Shown piece by piece: positions 35,592 through 45,378 of a DNA stretch of 64,000 bases. Both the position numbers and the translations under genes were made by a program. Under the pieces are notes generated by a model that saw nothing but the letters and a program-made list of their open reading frames with translations, searched no databases and had not been told where the DNA came from. The first letter of the stretch is position 1. Every line of letters begins with the position of its first letter. The stretch comes from Bryobacterales bacterium. Lineage in GTDB: Bacteria; Acidobacteriota; Terriglobia; Bryobacterales; Bryobacteraceae. The stretch is from assembly GCA_963712395.1 (NCBI GenBank), contig CAVQHR010000008.1:912373-976372 (forward strand), read 5' to 3'.

Positions 35592-37916
35592 CTAATGGAC
35601 GTTGACAGGACCGCTGCTGGCGCTCGATAGCGTTGAGGTTCCTGCGAAGAGGCAAGCCCCGTGGCTGAAGCTCGTCCTTGGGATCACACCCGTGAAGGTG
35701 CCATCCTCGCTGATTCGTGCATACCCGGCATAGCGGCTTGGGTCCAGACCGGCGGGTGCGTAACCGGCAAAGTACACCGGAACATTACCGTCCAGTTTGC
35801 CAGGGGCATCCACTGTGAGTTTGCCGGTAAAGGTGACTGAAGTGGCGCCTTTCACCGCATCGCAGGTAATGCTGGTATGCGCCATGGCGCGGCTTTCAAC
35901 ATGTACACCGCCGAGAATCTTAAATTCGGGATGCTTGTCGTTCGGGTTCCGGTCATTTGTGAGCAAGCGCTGGCTCGAGGCCTGGACATCCAAGCCAAGC
36001 GTTGAGCCAAGTGGCAGGTCCGCCTGCGGATCGATCTCGATGGGAATCTGGCGAGCTTCATCGGGCGCCAGATCGAGATCGAGTTGGCCGCCATTCACGC
36101 TGACGTTCCAGCCGGCGGGTATTTGAGAGCGGTCATAACTAAGAGTGAAGTTCTTCGGATTGACTTTGTCGTCATTGCGAATCGTGATGTAGTTCTTGTA
36201 TGGAGAGCCTGGGCCGGGTGCGCCCGAAGCAGGAGCCTCGAAGTAGTCGATGTTTTCCTGCTGTCCATTGCCATCTTGATTACCGAAGATGATTTCATTG
36301 GACAGGTGATCGAGGCGCACCCGCACGCAGGAATGGAAGCGGAAGATGCCGGCCGCTATTTGTTCCGGTGTGAGCGTCGCGTTGGGTGTCCAGTTGATGT
36401 AGACGTCGACAAAGCTGCCGGGCGCGATCGAAGCCAAGCCTGGGAAATCGGCTGAGGTGACCTTACCGAGTTCGACGAAGCCGTTGGAACCGTTGATGCC
36501 GAGACCCAATGGACTCGTGACATCGAAGTGCGCAACAACGTTGCTTGCGGTTGCTGTGCCATAATTCCGGACGCGGGCATAGAGGCGGTTGACCTGACCG
36601 ATGGCCGGATCGTCGCCATTGCCTTGCGGAACCATCCCGCCCATGCGGTCGGACCACGTCCCGAAGCGGTATGTGCCGTAACCATTGACCGGGCTATCCA
36701 CCCAGATATCGGTTGATTCGTAAGTATTGCCCGGAGGCTGCAGCCAGGAGTTCAGGCCCACGTCGGGTTTGTTGCTGTTGTCGCCATAGAAGACCTCCAC
36801 GACGTGATCGTCGGCGGCAAGCAGCGGTCTAAATTTTATGCTGATAATGGCAGGATCAATCAAGATGGTTATGCCATCGGCCGTGTTGGTATACACGTCG
36901 CCGCTTTGCCATAACTTATTCCGATCCCCGCCTTTGCCTTGGATCGTTACCCATTGGTCCTCGCCTTCGGTGACACGCTCGATAAGAACCCCTTCGTCGG
37001 GAATACCGTTCGGTGTGAAACTATCATTCAGGTCGTCGCCGAGGACACGGCGGCGTAAGCTGATCAAATAGTAAGCGCTCCCTACGCTCCCGATATACGC
37101 TTTGATGGCTTGCGCGTTAGGCTGCGATTGCGGGTCGTATTCTTCGGCGTACAAGCCGAAGGTGGCTCCGCCCACAGCAGGCGTCACGATGGCGTATTTC
37201 GAATCGTCGAGCCAACCGAACGCAGTGGTGCTTTGTTTTTCAAAAACGCCGGTCTGGCCTGGGTAGTTCGCGTCCATCTGCTCGAAATTGCTGTTGTAGT
37301 TGCTCGGATGCGGCGGACCTCCGGATTGCAGAGCGTGGCCGATTTCGTGCGCGAAGCGGCCCCACACTGCGGTCGCGGTGCTGCCGGGATTTTCACTAAA
37401 GATGGCGCAGCCCACCAGCTTCACGGTGCTGCTGCCCGGTCCCATGTTTAAGTTGCACTTGTTTCCTTGGCCGCGATGAAACTTAGCGGTATTGGTTTCG
37501 GCCATTACCACCACGACGCCATCCACGCTGCTCCAATCGATTCCCGCTGGCGAGTTCGCCACCGAGTCGTTCAGCACCTTCATGTATTTGCCGCCGTCGG
37601 AGGTATCGCCGTCCGGATGCGAATCGATGTAGTCGCTTTGATTGCCAGGGAGCTGAAAGAGTGAGCTCACCTCGTAAGTCAGGGTGATGTTGCCGTAGGA
37701 ACTCTCGTTTCCCCAAAGAGTGGCAATCTTAGAGAAAAAATCTTCAATTTGCGCCTGGGAATAGGTGGATGTGTTGGCGTAATCGTGGAAATAGGCGCGA
37801 AGAACAACAAAGTGTTTTGTCCCGGATACTAACGTGGCCGCATGTGCTGCGGGACAGCTAAAGGCGAAGGCGAAAGCCACTGCGATCAGCCGTTGAAGAG
37901 GATTGATTGTTCTCAT
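35592..37916 (-). CDS. secreted Zn-metalloprotease-like protein (HExxH)
   Basis: ATG at 37916 gives the signal peptide (LIAVAFAFAFSCPAAHA). FAHEIGHAL motif. Long beta-rich C-terminal domains. Confidence 0.65.
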   Translation of the reverse strand: MRTINPLQRLIAVAFAFAFSCPAAHAATLVSGTKHFVVLRAYFHDYANTSTYSQAQIEDFFSKIATLWGNESSYGNITLTYEVSSLFQLPGNQSDYIDSHPDGDTSDGGKYMKVLNDSVANSPAGIDWSSVDGVVVVMAETNTAKFHRGQGNKCNLNMGPGSSTVKLVGCAIFSENPGSTATAVWGRFAHEIGHALQSGGPPHPSNYNSNFEQMDANYPGQTGVFEKQSTTAFGWLDDSKYAIVTPAVGGATFGLYAEEYDPQSQPNAQAIKAYIGSVGSAYYLISLRRRVLGDDLNDSFTPNGIPDEGVLIERVTEGEDQWVTIQGKGGDRNKLWQSGDVYTNTADGITILIDPAIISIKFRPLLAADDHVVEVFYGDNSNKPDVGLNSWLQPPGNTYESTDIWVDSPVNGYGTYRFGTWSDRMGGMVPQGNGDDPAIGQVNRLYARVRNYGTATASNVVAHFDVTSPLGLGINGSNGFVELGKVTSADFPGLASIAPGSFVDVYINWTPNATLTPEQIAAGIFRFHSCVRVRLDHLSNEIIFGNQDGNGQQENIDYFEAPASGAPGPGSPYKNYITIRNDDKVNPKNFTLSYDRSQIPAGWNVSVNGGQLDLDLAPDEARQIPIEIDPQADLPLGSTLGLDVQASSQRLLTNDRNPNDKHPEFKILGGVHVESRAMAHTSITCDAVKGATSVTFTGKLTVDAPGKLDGNVPVYFAGYAPAGLDPSRYAGYARISEDGTFTGVIPRTSFSHGACLFAGTSTLSSASSGPVNVH

Positions 37917-38578
37917 GATTGATGCTCCTGCAGACGTTCTGCTGTCCGCTTGCCGATGGAAGATTTCTTGACGACGAAGGAGCCGAGTAGTAGTGTCACT
38001 CCATACAGCGTCAGAGTGGAGGGTTCGGGAGTTTCGTTGAAGGCAATATTGTCGATCGAGAAGTCCCAAGGTGTATCGCCCGCAAGTGGCGTCGCGAAGA
38101 TGCGCATAACGTTGCCTGAAGCCGGAATGCTTACCAGACTGTCACCGCCGCTAAAATTGTCGGGTAGAGTGAACGTCTGAGAATGTCCTGCATTATCAGA
38201 GACCATGAAATCGGCAGGTGAGGTATTGCCGTTAAAGATATCGACGGAGAACCCCACCACTGTCTCGGGGAACGTGATGGTGATGGGATTGAGGTAGGGA
38301 AAATCACCGTCCGAGGTTTGAACGCTCGCATATACGGATGATGTATCTGCCGGAAGATTGTTTTCCGCCGTCAGGATGGTGCCGCCGGTAATGTGGACGG
38401 TGCCCAGGCTTGTGAGAATATTGAGCGGCTGCAAGGAATTGCCGAACAGACTGGGGCCGTTAAAGGATTCAAAATCGATTACTTCGGCTCTCGACGAGGC
38501 CGCCGTAGTCAATGTGATTGCGCAGGCCGCCGTCAAAGTGAACAGCGGACGGCAATACAGAACACGAGGTTTGCGCAT
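37913..38578 (-). CDS. PEP-CTERM-anchored secreted protein
   Basis: AAGGAG RBS, signal peptide, C-terminal PEPSTLTLYGVTLLLGSFVVKK sorting-signal-like tail. The stop overlaps the protease start. Confidence 0.6.
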   Translation of the reverse strand: MRKPRVLYCRPLFTLTAACAITLTTAASSRAEVIDFESFNGPSLFGNSLQPLNILTSLGTVHITGGTILTAENNLPADTSSVYASVQTSDGDFPYLNPITITFPETVVGFSVDIFNGNTSPADFMVSDNAGHSQTFTLPDNFSGGDSLVSIPASGNVMRIFATPLAGDTPWDFSIDNIAFNETPEPSTLTLYGVTLLLGSFVVKKSSIGKRTAERLQEHQS

Positions 38579-39032
38579 AAGCTTCTCCTTTGTAACGCTG
38601 GTCATCCAGCGGACATCCGTTTAGTGACTTCTTATTACGAAGCGTTTCAGCGGGATATCAACAAGAAAGCACTTTGAAGGGACGGGTGGACTGAGTGAGG
38701 CCGTCAGTTGTCACTGTATTTGCGAATTGACGTATGAAATTCGGTGCAAACGTTATTGAGGCGGCGATTCGTCCCAAAGCGAAATACGGGCTTGACCAGA
38801 CATTAACCATACGAAAGGCCACCGCGCCATCGGGAAGCTCGCTGCTTGTCGCGCTGCACCGAGTGCAATGACATTCTATTTGAGTGGATGCTGTTATCTT
38901 TCGGCTGGCACTTGGGTGTGAAACTCGCTAGTGTTCCCGGTGGTGAGCGATCCGCTCAGGAATCCCCAATCCGCGGCGTAGCCGACTTACACTTGTGAGT
39001 TCCCAGTGATGCCCGGGACAGCTAAATCAGTG

Positions 39033-40538
39033 TTACTTGGGATCGGAGAGTCTGGCCGCATCCGATGCACCTTTCAACGCTCCGCGACGGCCGGGAGTGG
39101 ACGCGAGTGCCGCTTCGAATTCTTTTGCGGCGAGAACTGGCTGATTCTGTTCGAGCAGTAAATAACCGAGTTGCTCACGGGCCGGAACAATAGGCCCCGG
39201 CGTCACCGGAAGCTTTTCGATTGCGTCCTCTTCATCGGCGCCCTTGCGCATCAAAGCTAGGGCTTGATCCCCTTTGCCGTGCGCCTGGGCTGACCACGCG
39301 GTAACCTCGCGTCTCAGAATTCGCACCTGACTAGCCCAATAATCATTGTCTGATGCGCGAAGGCGGCTTTCGATCTGCCCTAACTTGTCAATTTCCACGC
39401 GAGCCTCCGCAACGCGCTTGTTTCGAGCGAGACCGAGCCCGCGTGCCCAGACCGCAATTGCGACCACATGAGGCGGGGCCTCTATCGGAGGGGCGATGTT
39501 TGCGGCATCGGCCCATTGCCTTCGCTCAACCGCGTACCGAATCGGTATTGCAGTTGAGGCATACCCGATTTTGAAATCACTGCTGTTCGGCTTCGAGATA
39601 TCTTTGAGTTGCTGGACGACCTCAGCCGCCTCTCTGTCGCGTCCACTTTGTAGATAGGCGTACACCAAATAATCCATAGCGTGCAACTCTTCGCCCGTGT
39701 CGCCTTGCCGGCGTGCCGCTCCTCGCGCCGCGAGGTTACTAGCGATGGAATCTTCCCATAAACCAAGTCGCGTAAAGATATGTGATGGCATGTGCAATGC
39801 GTGCGGGGCAGAAGGCGCAATTTGGGAGTACGCTCTTGCCGTAAGCAAGCCTCTTGGCGCGAGTTCTGCATTGTCATAAGCATGAATGAGGTAGTGGGGA
39901 ATTCCAGGGTGCTGCGGGTAAACGCGATACAGCGGCTCGAGAATATCGGCCGCCCGTTTCTGCTTCGCGTGTGATTTATCCATCGGAGATGCGTCCGCAA
40001 CCAGGGCGAGTGCGTAAAATACTTGCGCCTCGGTATCATTTTGGTCCCAGGCGGCCAGATCACGCATCGCACGCTCATAATTCGACACGCGCGTGCGATA
40101 CGGAATGCGGTAATCACCCTCAAATATCAATCCCAGAGCATCGATGAACTTGCGCTCGCGTTCAGAACTTGACGCGGCCGCCCGCGCCCGCCGGATCTGC
40201 TCTCGCGCAATTGAGATCGTCGCCCGCGATAGCGGCGGGTCCCAAAGCTGGTGAAAGTGCGTCATGGCCGCACCCCAATGTGCCATGGCGCACTGCGGAT
40301 CCTGTTCTGCCACGCCGCGGAAGGCGTCTTCGGCGGCGTTGTAAGCAAACGAATGCAGTAGCGCTACTCCGCGGTTAAACGGCTGCTGAACCCCCGGTGT
40401 GCAGGATATCGGAAACGATACTGCTCCCAGTTTCTCGGGTGCGGGGTGCGTGTGCGCATCCTGCGCCGGGAATGAGAAGGGAACCATGAATGAAAGGCTG
40501 ACAAATAGTCGCCACCGGCGGGACATCCCGACCTCCAT
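39033..40538 (-). CDS. exported TPR-like repeat protein
   Basis: Signal peptide, then helical repeat text throughout (AMAHWGAAM..., YALALVA..., YAYLQSGR...). Confidence 0.6.
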   Translation of the reverse strand: MEVGMSRRWRLFVSLSFMVPFSFPAQDAHTHPAPEKLGAVSFPISCTPGVQQPFNRGVALLHSFAYNAAEDAFRGVAEQDPQCAMAHWGAAMTHFHQLWDPPLSRATISIAREQIRRARAAASSSERERKFIDALGLIFEGDYRIPYRTRVSNYERAMRDLAAWDQNDTEAQVFYALALVADASPMDKSHAKQKRAADILEPLYRVYPQHPGIPHYLIHAYDNAELAPRGLLTARAYSQIAPSAPHALHMPSHIFTRLGLWEDSIASNLAARGAARRQGDTGEELHAMDYLVYAYLQSGRDREAAEVVQQLKDISKPNSSDFKIGYASTAIPIRYAVERRQWADAANIAPPIEAPPHVVAIAVWARGLGLARNKRVAEARVEIDKLGQIESRLRASDNDYWASQVRILRREVTAWSAQAHGKGDQALALMRKGADEEDAIEKLPVTPGPIVPAREQLGYLLLEQNQPVLAAKEFEAALASTPGRRGALKGASDAARLSDPK

Positions 40539-40703
40539 CTATGTACAATCGCGTTTCGGAACATCAATTTTACCGCCATGCCGAGAAAGATCTTTCTGTG
40601 TGATTCTCGGCCGCAACGAGCTCTGTGAGATGGCAAGTCAGTTGCCGTATCATGCGCATTCCGTACATACATTGAGCGGTCCCATTAAACGCGCAAGCGC
40701 TGA

Positions 40704-41102
40704 GCGTGCCTTGGTCAAGCACAGGAACTTGTTGTCGGAGGATACCGGCCAGGTGGCAATCATTTCGATAATCTCGCGATTGGATACTACGAAAACGACC
40801 GATTGATTTTCATCGCCAAATTGAAGAACGGGTTTACACCCGAAGCGAAGGACGAAATCTACCGGCGGCTCCAGAAATTGAAAGCAGATAAGTGCCCCTT
40901 CGCTAATCTGCCCGAGCCGAAAAACGCCCGACGCGGCGAGGCGCTAACGGCGGCGGCCATGAAGAATTATCGTTGGATTAAGCCGAAGCTGGTGGTTCAG
41001 GTCGAATTTACGGATTGGACGCCGACGAATCACTTGCGCCATTCCCGGTTTGCCGGCGTTCGCGAGGATAAAGATCCGCGAGACGTGACAAAGGAAACCT
41101 GA
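40704..41102 (+). pseudogene. ATP-dependent DNA ligase (LigD-type) C-terminal OB-domain remnant
   Basis: QELVVGGYRPGGNHFDNLAIGYYENDRLIFIAKLKNGF...VQVEFTDWTPTNHLRHSRFAGVREDK. A stop lies immediately upstream and no adenylation domain is present. Confidence 0.6.
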
Positions 41103-41389
41103 AGGCTTGGATTCGCTGAGTTTAGCCCCAGATGCGTTGCAGATGTACGGACCGGACGTCAAATGCGCATTTCCTCGCCACTGACTGTAATTCACTCCGA
41201 GAGTTAAGGCAAGGAGCTCTGTGTTTAACTCGGAGCGCCAGTCACTGACAAAGCTTTTCTCCGGGACTTCGCCCCGGCGCATGGCAAGGGCGCCGCCATA
41301 AAGGTTTCGGGCGGTACCCCCTTCCGTCACTACGCTCCTCCCGTCCCCCGAAAAAGCGCAAGCGCTTCGGCATCCCTTGCATTTGCCGC

Positions 41390-41463
41390 CCCACTCTCGC
41401 CGGCGAGGCCTCGAGGGTGTTGCTTGACAACACCCCGAAACCAATCTGAAAGCGAACTAAAAA
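41390..41463 (+). promoter_or_regulatory. conserved hairpin-containing leader, copy 2 (upstream of ardC)
   Basis: CCCCactCTCGCCGG...GGGTGTTG-cttga-CAACACCC (41416-41436), then an A-rich tract to the GTG start. Homologous to 9703-9776. Confidence 0.45.
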
Positions 41464-42351
41464 GTGGAACAGAAGTTTGATGTTTACGAGACGATTACGG
41501 CCGCAATTATCGAGGCGATAGAGGCTGGCATAAGGAAATTTGAGATGCCGTGGCACGCACTGTCGACGATTCCTACCAACGCGAACACAGGCCTGCGCTA
41601 TTCCGGAATCAATGTCCTTACGCTCTGGGCTATCGCTGCGAAATACAGCTACTCAACGCAGCTCTGGGCCACATATCGGCAGTGGCAGGAAATGGGCGCA
41701 CAAGTTCGGCGGGCTCAGAAATCTGCAACCGTTGTCTTCTGGAAGTTCTACAGCGGGCAGAAAAAATTCGTCGAGACCGACACAGATGAAGCAGTGGTCA
41801 CCGACGGTGAGCAAATCCATTGTGTCGCACGCGCGTACCATGTTTTCAATGCGGACCAGGTTGATGGTTTCATTGTTCCTATATGCCCGCCGCTGCCGGA
41901 GTCTCAGCGCATCGCGGAAGCAGAGCGATTCTTTAAGAAGACCGGCGCGAGAATCTTCGAGAATGGCAGGCGAGCATACTACGACTCGAAATGCGATGAA
42001 ATCTACATGCCGCCGTTCGCGCTTTTCAAGCGTCCAGATTTGTTTTATTCGACGCTCGCTCATGAGTGTGTTCACTATACCGGGCACCCGTCGCGATGCG
42101 ATCGACAACTCGCGAGCCGATTCGGCTCGGAGGCCTACGCTCTCGAGGAACTGATTGCGGAGCTTGGCAGCGCCTTTCTTGCTGCTGAGCTGAATTTGGA
42201 GACCGAACCCCGCTTCGACAACGCTCCATATGTGGAGAACTGGCTTCGCATCCTCAAAAACGATAAGCGTGCCATCTTCACCGCAGCGAGCAAAGCCCAG
42301 CACGCCGTGGAATGGCTTATGGCTTCGCAAGACGGGGAGTCCGCCGCGTAG
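41464..42351 (+). CDS. ardC: ArdC-like antirestriction protein (ssDNA-binding N-domain plus zincin C-domain)
   Basis: GINVLTLW...WATYRQWQEMGAQVRRAQKSATVVFW (DUF1738-type) and HECVHYTGH metallopeptidase motif. Confidence 0.85.
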   Translation: MEQKFDVYETITAAIIEAIEAGIRKFEMPWHALSTIPTNANTGLRYSGINVLTLWAIAAKYSYSTQLWATYRQWQEMGAQVRRAQKSATVVFWKFYSGQKKFVETDTDEAVVTDGEQIHCVARAYHVFNADQVDGFIVPICPPLPESQRIAEAERFFKKTGARIFENGRRAYYDSKCDEIYMPPFALFKRPDLFYSTLAHECVHYTGHPSRCDRQLASRFGSEAYALEELIAELGSAFLAAELNLETEPRFDNAPYVENWLRILKNDKRAIFTAASKAQHAVEWLMASQDGESAA

Positions 42352-42375
42352 CGCAGTTTAGGCGAGGAATTTTAC

Positions 42376-43059
42376 GTGAAGGACCGCCAAGAACACCCGC
42401 GGAGCTGTGAGCTGCGGTACTCTCGAATTGATACTCGTTTTACACCGATTTCTACGGCTATGGCATTCCCGGACAACGGTGCGCGTCCAAACCTGATCTG
42501 GCTGGCTGACGTCGACTCAAGCGGCCGTCGGCTGCACCCAGCGATCGAAGAAGCGGTCTACCGCAAACAGTCAGAGCTCGCCCGGTACCGAGCGGACGAA
42601 ATCGGCGACGAAGCCCAAATCGCCACGCTTATAGAGGAAGCAGCTTACCGCACCTCTGAAGTGGCTTTCGGACGAACTCTAAACGATCCAGTCAGCTATC
42701 TTTTTCGCACGTACGCAAACCTCGTCGATACAACACTTCGGAAGACGATCCGTTCCTTCGGACTCGAGCCGCACGTACTTTCGCACTTGGCCCAGTGCGA
42801 AAACCCTGAAGATGAACTCTTGACCGAAATAACACGGCGGCAGGTCCTCGATTCAATGGATGAGAAGGGACGCGAACTTTGGGAGCGAAACCTTCTTGGT
42901 TACACAGTAAACGAGCTCGCGGCCCAAGAAGGACAAACCGGGGATTATGTTGGCAAGCGCCTAAGACGCGCAATGCAAGGAGCACTTCGGCGGTTCCTGC
43001 TAAAAGACAAGACCGACAAAAAGCAACCCATGAGCGACAATACTGTTGCTCATGGATGA
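42376..43059 (+). CDS. ECF-like sigma-70 family factor
   Basis: Region-2-like YLFRTYANLVDTTLRK and region-4 HTH LLGYTVNELAAQEGQTGDYVGKRLRRAMQ. Alternative ATG at 42460. Confidence 0.55.
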   Translation: MKDRQEHPRSCELRYSRIDTRFTPISTAMAFPDNGARPNLIWLADVDSSGRRLHPAIEEAVYRKQSELARYRADEIGDEAQIATLIEEAAYRTSEVAFGRTLNDPVSYLFRTYANLVDTTLRKTIRSFGLEPHVLSHLAQCENPEDELLTEITRRQVLDSMDEKGRELWERNLLGYTVNELAAQEGQTGDYVGKRLRRAMQGALRRFLLKDKTDKKQPMSDNTVAHG

Positions 43060-43729
43060 CGGCCGTCTCACGCGCGAACAGCACCGCCGAATGCTCGAAC
43101 TACTCGATCAGGCGGCGCTCCATGATTATCCAAACCCCGAACGCAAAGATTGTCCCGGACCTGAATTTCTTAAACAGCTTGTGAACGATCGTGCCTCTAT
43201 TGATCTAAATGACTCACGGCTCACACACGTAGCGAGGTGCTCCCCCTGCTACCGCGAGTTCGTTTCTTATCGCAAGACGGCTCGCAACCGGACAATAACC
43301 AGACGTGCCTTGCTGGCGGCGGGAGGAGTTGCAGCCGCTTTCGTAGCAGTTGTCGGCGTAAACACACTCCACGAAACACCGTCTGAAGATTGGGTAAACG
43401 AAGCGATTGACTTGTCCGGCAATCAGGTTAGTCGCGGAACAGATTTGAATGCAATACCGGCAATAGGAAAGATCAACTTGCCTGCAAAGCGATTGGATCT
43501 AACGATTACGCTTCCGCTTGCCAGCCCGGAAGGAGACTACCAAGTCGAGGTTCTGAAAGCCAAGGGGAAACAAGCCAATGTCCATGCATCTGGCAAAGCC
43601 TTCCTAAAGGACAGCAAGACACTTCTGCACGTCCGCCTGGATTTGAGTGCGCTGCGTCCCGATTCATACGAGATCGGGATCCGTCGCATTCCATACGACT
43701 GGATGCCGATTCCGGTTCAGATCAAATAG
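43046..43729 (+). CDS. putative anti-sigma factor (Zn-finger, single TM, extracytoplasmic domain)
   Basis: Overlaps the sigma gene by 14 nt. It has CPG...H..RCSPC cysteines/His, TM ALLAAGGVAAAFVAVVGV and a ~110 aa C-terminal domain. Confidence 0.5.
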   Translation: MLMDDGRLTREQHRRMLELLDQAALHDYPNPERKDCPGPEFLKQLVNDRASIDLNDSRLTHVARCSPCYREFVSYRKTARNRTITRRALLAAGGVAAAFVAVVGVNTLHETPSEDWVNEAIDLSGNQVSRGTDLNAIPAIGKINLPAKRLDLTITLPLASPEGDYQVEVLKAKGKQANVHASGKAFLKDSKTLLHVRLDLSALRPDSYEIGIRRIPYDWMPIPVQIK

Positions 43730-44005
43730 CCGCTCAGGCTTCTCGGACAGCGAGATTCGAAGAGATTCCGGAACCCGCGGAGTAATTTATTACCGTTGAA
43801 AAGCCGACTTTTCGTTCCTAATGTGTGTCAAGGCAGACTCCGCGATGTCCGACAGATGAGTAGCTCGGTTATCGGCACGAGGACCTGCGCTAATCCGGCT
43901 CGATGTCTACAATATCTATTCCGGGGTTCGGCGTATCTAGCTCTACAATCGTGGGGGTGCTGGCTAAGAAAAAGCTGGGGCTGGCCACCCGCCCGAGCGT
44001 GTTCT

Positions 44006-44425
44006 TCATATCGACCACCTGTTTGCGCGCATGCAGCGTCTTAATACATACGAAGCAAAGACGAACGCCATGACGAGAATCGGATCAAATTTATCCCAAG
44101 TACTGCCACCGCCATTCAGATGTGAATAGAACGCGAGTGAAAGATCGATCGCGAGACCAGCATAAGCCCACTCAGTCAATCGAGGCACATTGGGAATCAG
44201 AAGGCCCACGCCACCAAGGATGTGGGTCACGCCAATCAGAGGAATGATATAGAGCGGGTATCCGAGCTGCTGATTGGCGATCCTCCATTCGTCGGGATCG
44301 TGAATCAGATATAACCTTCCGAAGTACACCCAAATGAAGGCGACAAGGCCGGTTATTACCATCGCGGCTATTTGAGTTGCTCGACCTGCCCGCGCGGGTT
44401 TATCTATTGTGTGTTCAGCTTTCAT
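44006..44425 (-). CDS. DoxX-family membrane protein
   Basis: Four TM helices. LIGVTHILGGVGLLIPN text. ATG at 44425. Confidence 0.7.
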   Translation of the reverse strand: MKAEHTIDKPARAGRATQIAAMVITGLVAFIWVYFGRLYLIHDPDEWRIANQQLGYPLYIIPLIGVTHILGGVGLLIPNVPRLTEWAYAGLAIDLSLAFYSHLNGGGSTWDKFDPILVMAFVFASYVLRRCMRANRWSI

Positions 44426-44441
44426 ATCGCTTGCCCCGGAC

Positions 44442-45314
44442 TTACGCCTTGACGGCGTTCTGTGCAGCCGCAAACACATCGCGTGCGGACGTCGTACCCG
44501 CTACGTGCTCCGTACCCGTGATTCCGAGGTCCATCCATCCCGCGTTAACGCTCTCAAACATTTCTTCGGCAGGTCCAGTGTGGCCCTTCGGGACGCCGAA
44601 CTGCTCGAACGCTTCCGCCCACCCTGCACGCGGGACTGCAAAGGCTTTTACGTCGAGTGTCAGGACTTCACCCAATTGTCCGGCCACTTCATCCGCGCTT
44701 ACCATCGAACCCAGCTCGATGACGCGATGCCCTGACCACGCCGGCCCGGTCAGAAGCGTTGCCACCTCTGCGCCGATGTCGTCTGACGCGACCATTGTCG
44801 ATTTCCGGTTTGTAGGATTGTAGAAGACCGGTAGTGTTCCGCCTTGGGCGGCCTGTAAGCCGAAAAGAAAGTTTTCGAAAAAGCCGCCTGCGCGCACAAA
44901 TGCGACCGGAGATGGCAGGCTGCGAAAACCTTGCTCCAAGAGTGATAAGGCCGTGATCATCCCCACCCCGCTTGTTCTATTCGCGCCCATCGACGAGAGC
45001 GCTACCACCCGCGGTGGCACTACCTTGGTCAGCGCCTCGACATAGTTCGCAATCACGCCCTTTGCTTCTCTGTAATCAGGCGAGGGTGCCCATACAGCCG
45101 GCAACATAACAAACGCGCCCTCAACACCTTTGAGCGCCGCCGCTATGGCTGTCGCATCGTTCCAGTCTCCATCCACCAACTCCACGCCTTGGTCTGCCCA
45201 CTTCGCCGCTTTCTCGCGATTGCGCACAAGTGCTCGCACCTGTTTGCCTTGCTTCAGCAGATGCCGCGCGGTGGCGCCCCCAACTTTTCCAGTAATGCCC
45301 ATGACTAAATACAT
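44442..45314 (-). CDS. NmrA-like NAD(P)-binding protein
   Basis: MYLVMGITGKVGGATARHLL Rossmann GxxGxxG. ATG at 45314. Confidence 0.8.
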   Translation of the reverse strand: MYLVMGITGKVGGATARHLLKQGKQVRALVRNREKAAKWADQGVELVDGDWNDATAIAAALKGVEGAFVMLPAVWAPSPDYREAKGVIANYVEALTKVVPPRVVALSSMGANRTSGVGMITALSLLEQGFRSLPSPVAFVRAGGFFENFLFGLQAAQGGTLPVFYNPTNRKSTMVASDDIGAEVATLLTGPAWSGHRVIELGSMVSADEVAGQLGEVLTLDVKAFAVPRAGWAEAFEQFGVPKGHTGPAEEMFESVNAGWMDLGITGTEHVAGTTSARDVFAAAQNAVKA

Positions 45315-45378
45315 GCTCGTTTTCTCCTTGTTTGGCCGCCCATCCAAATGAGCGACCTGACCATTAGAGGCGCAATAA

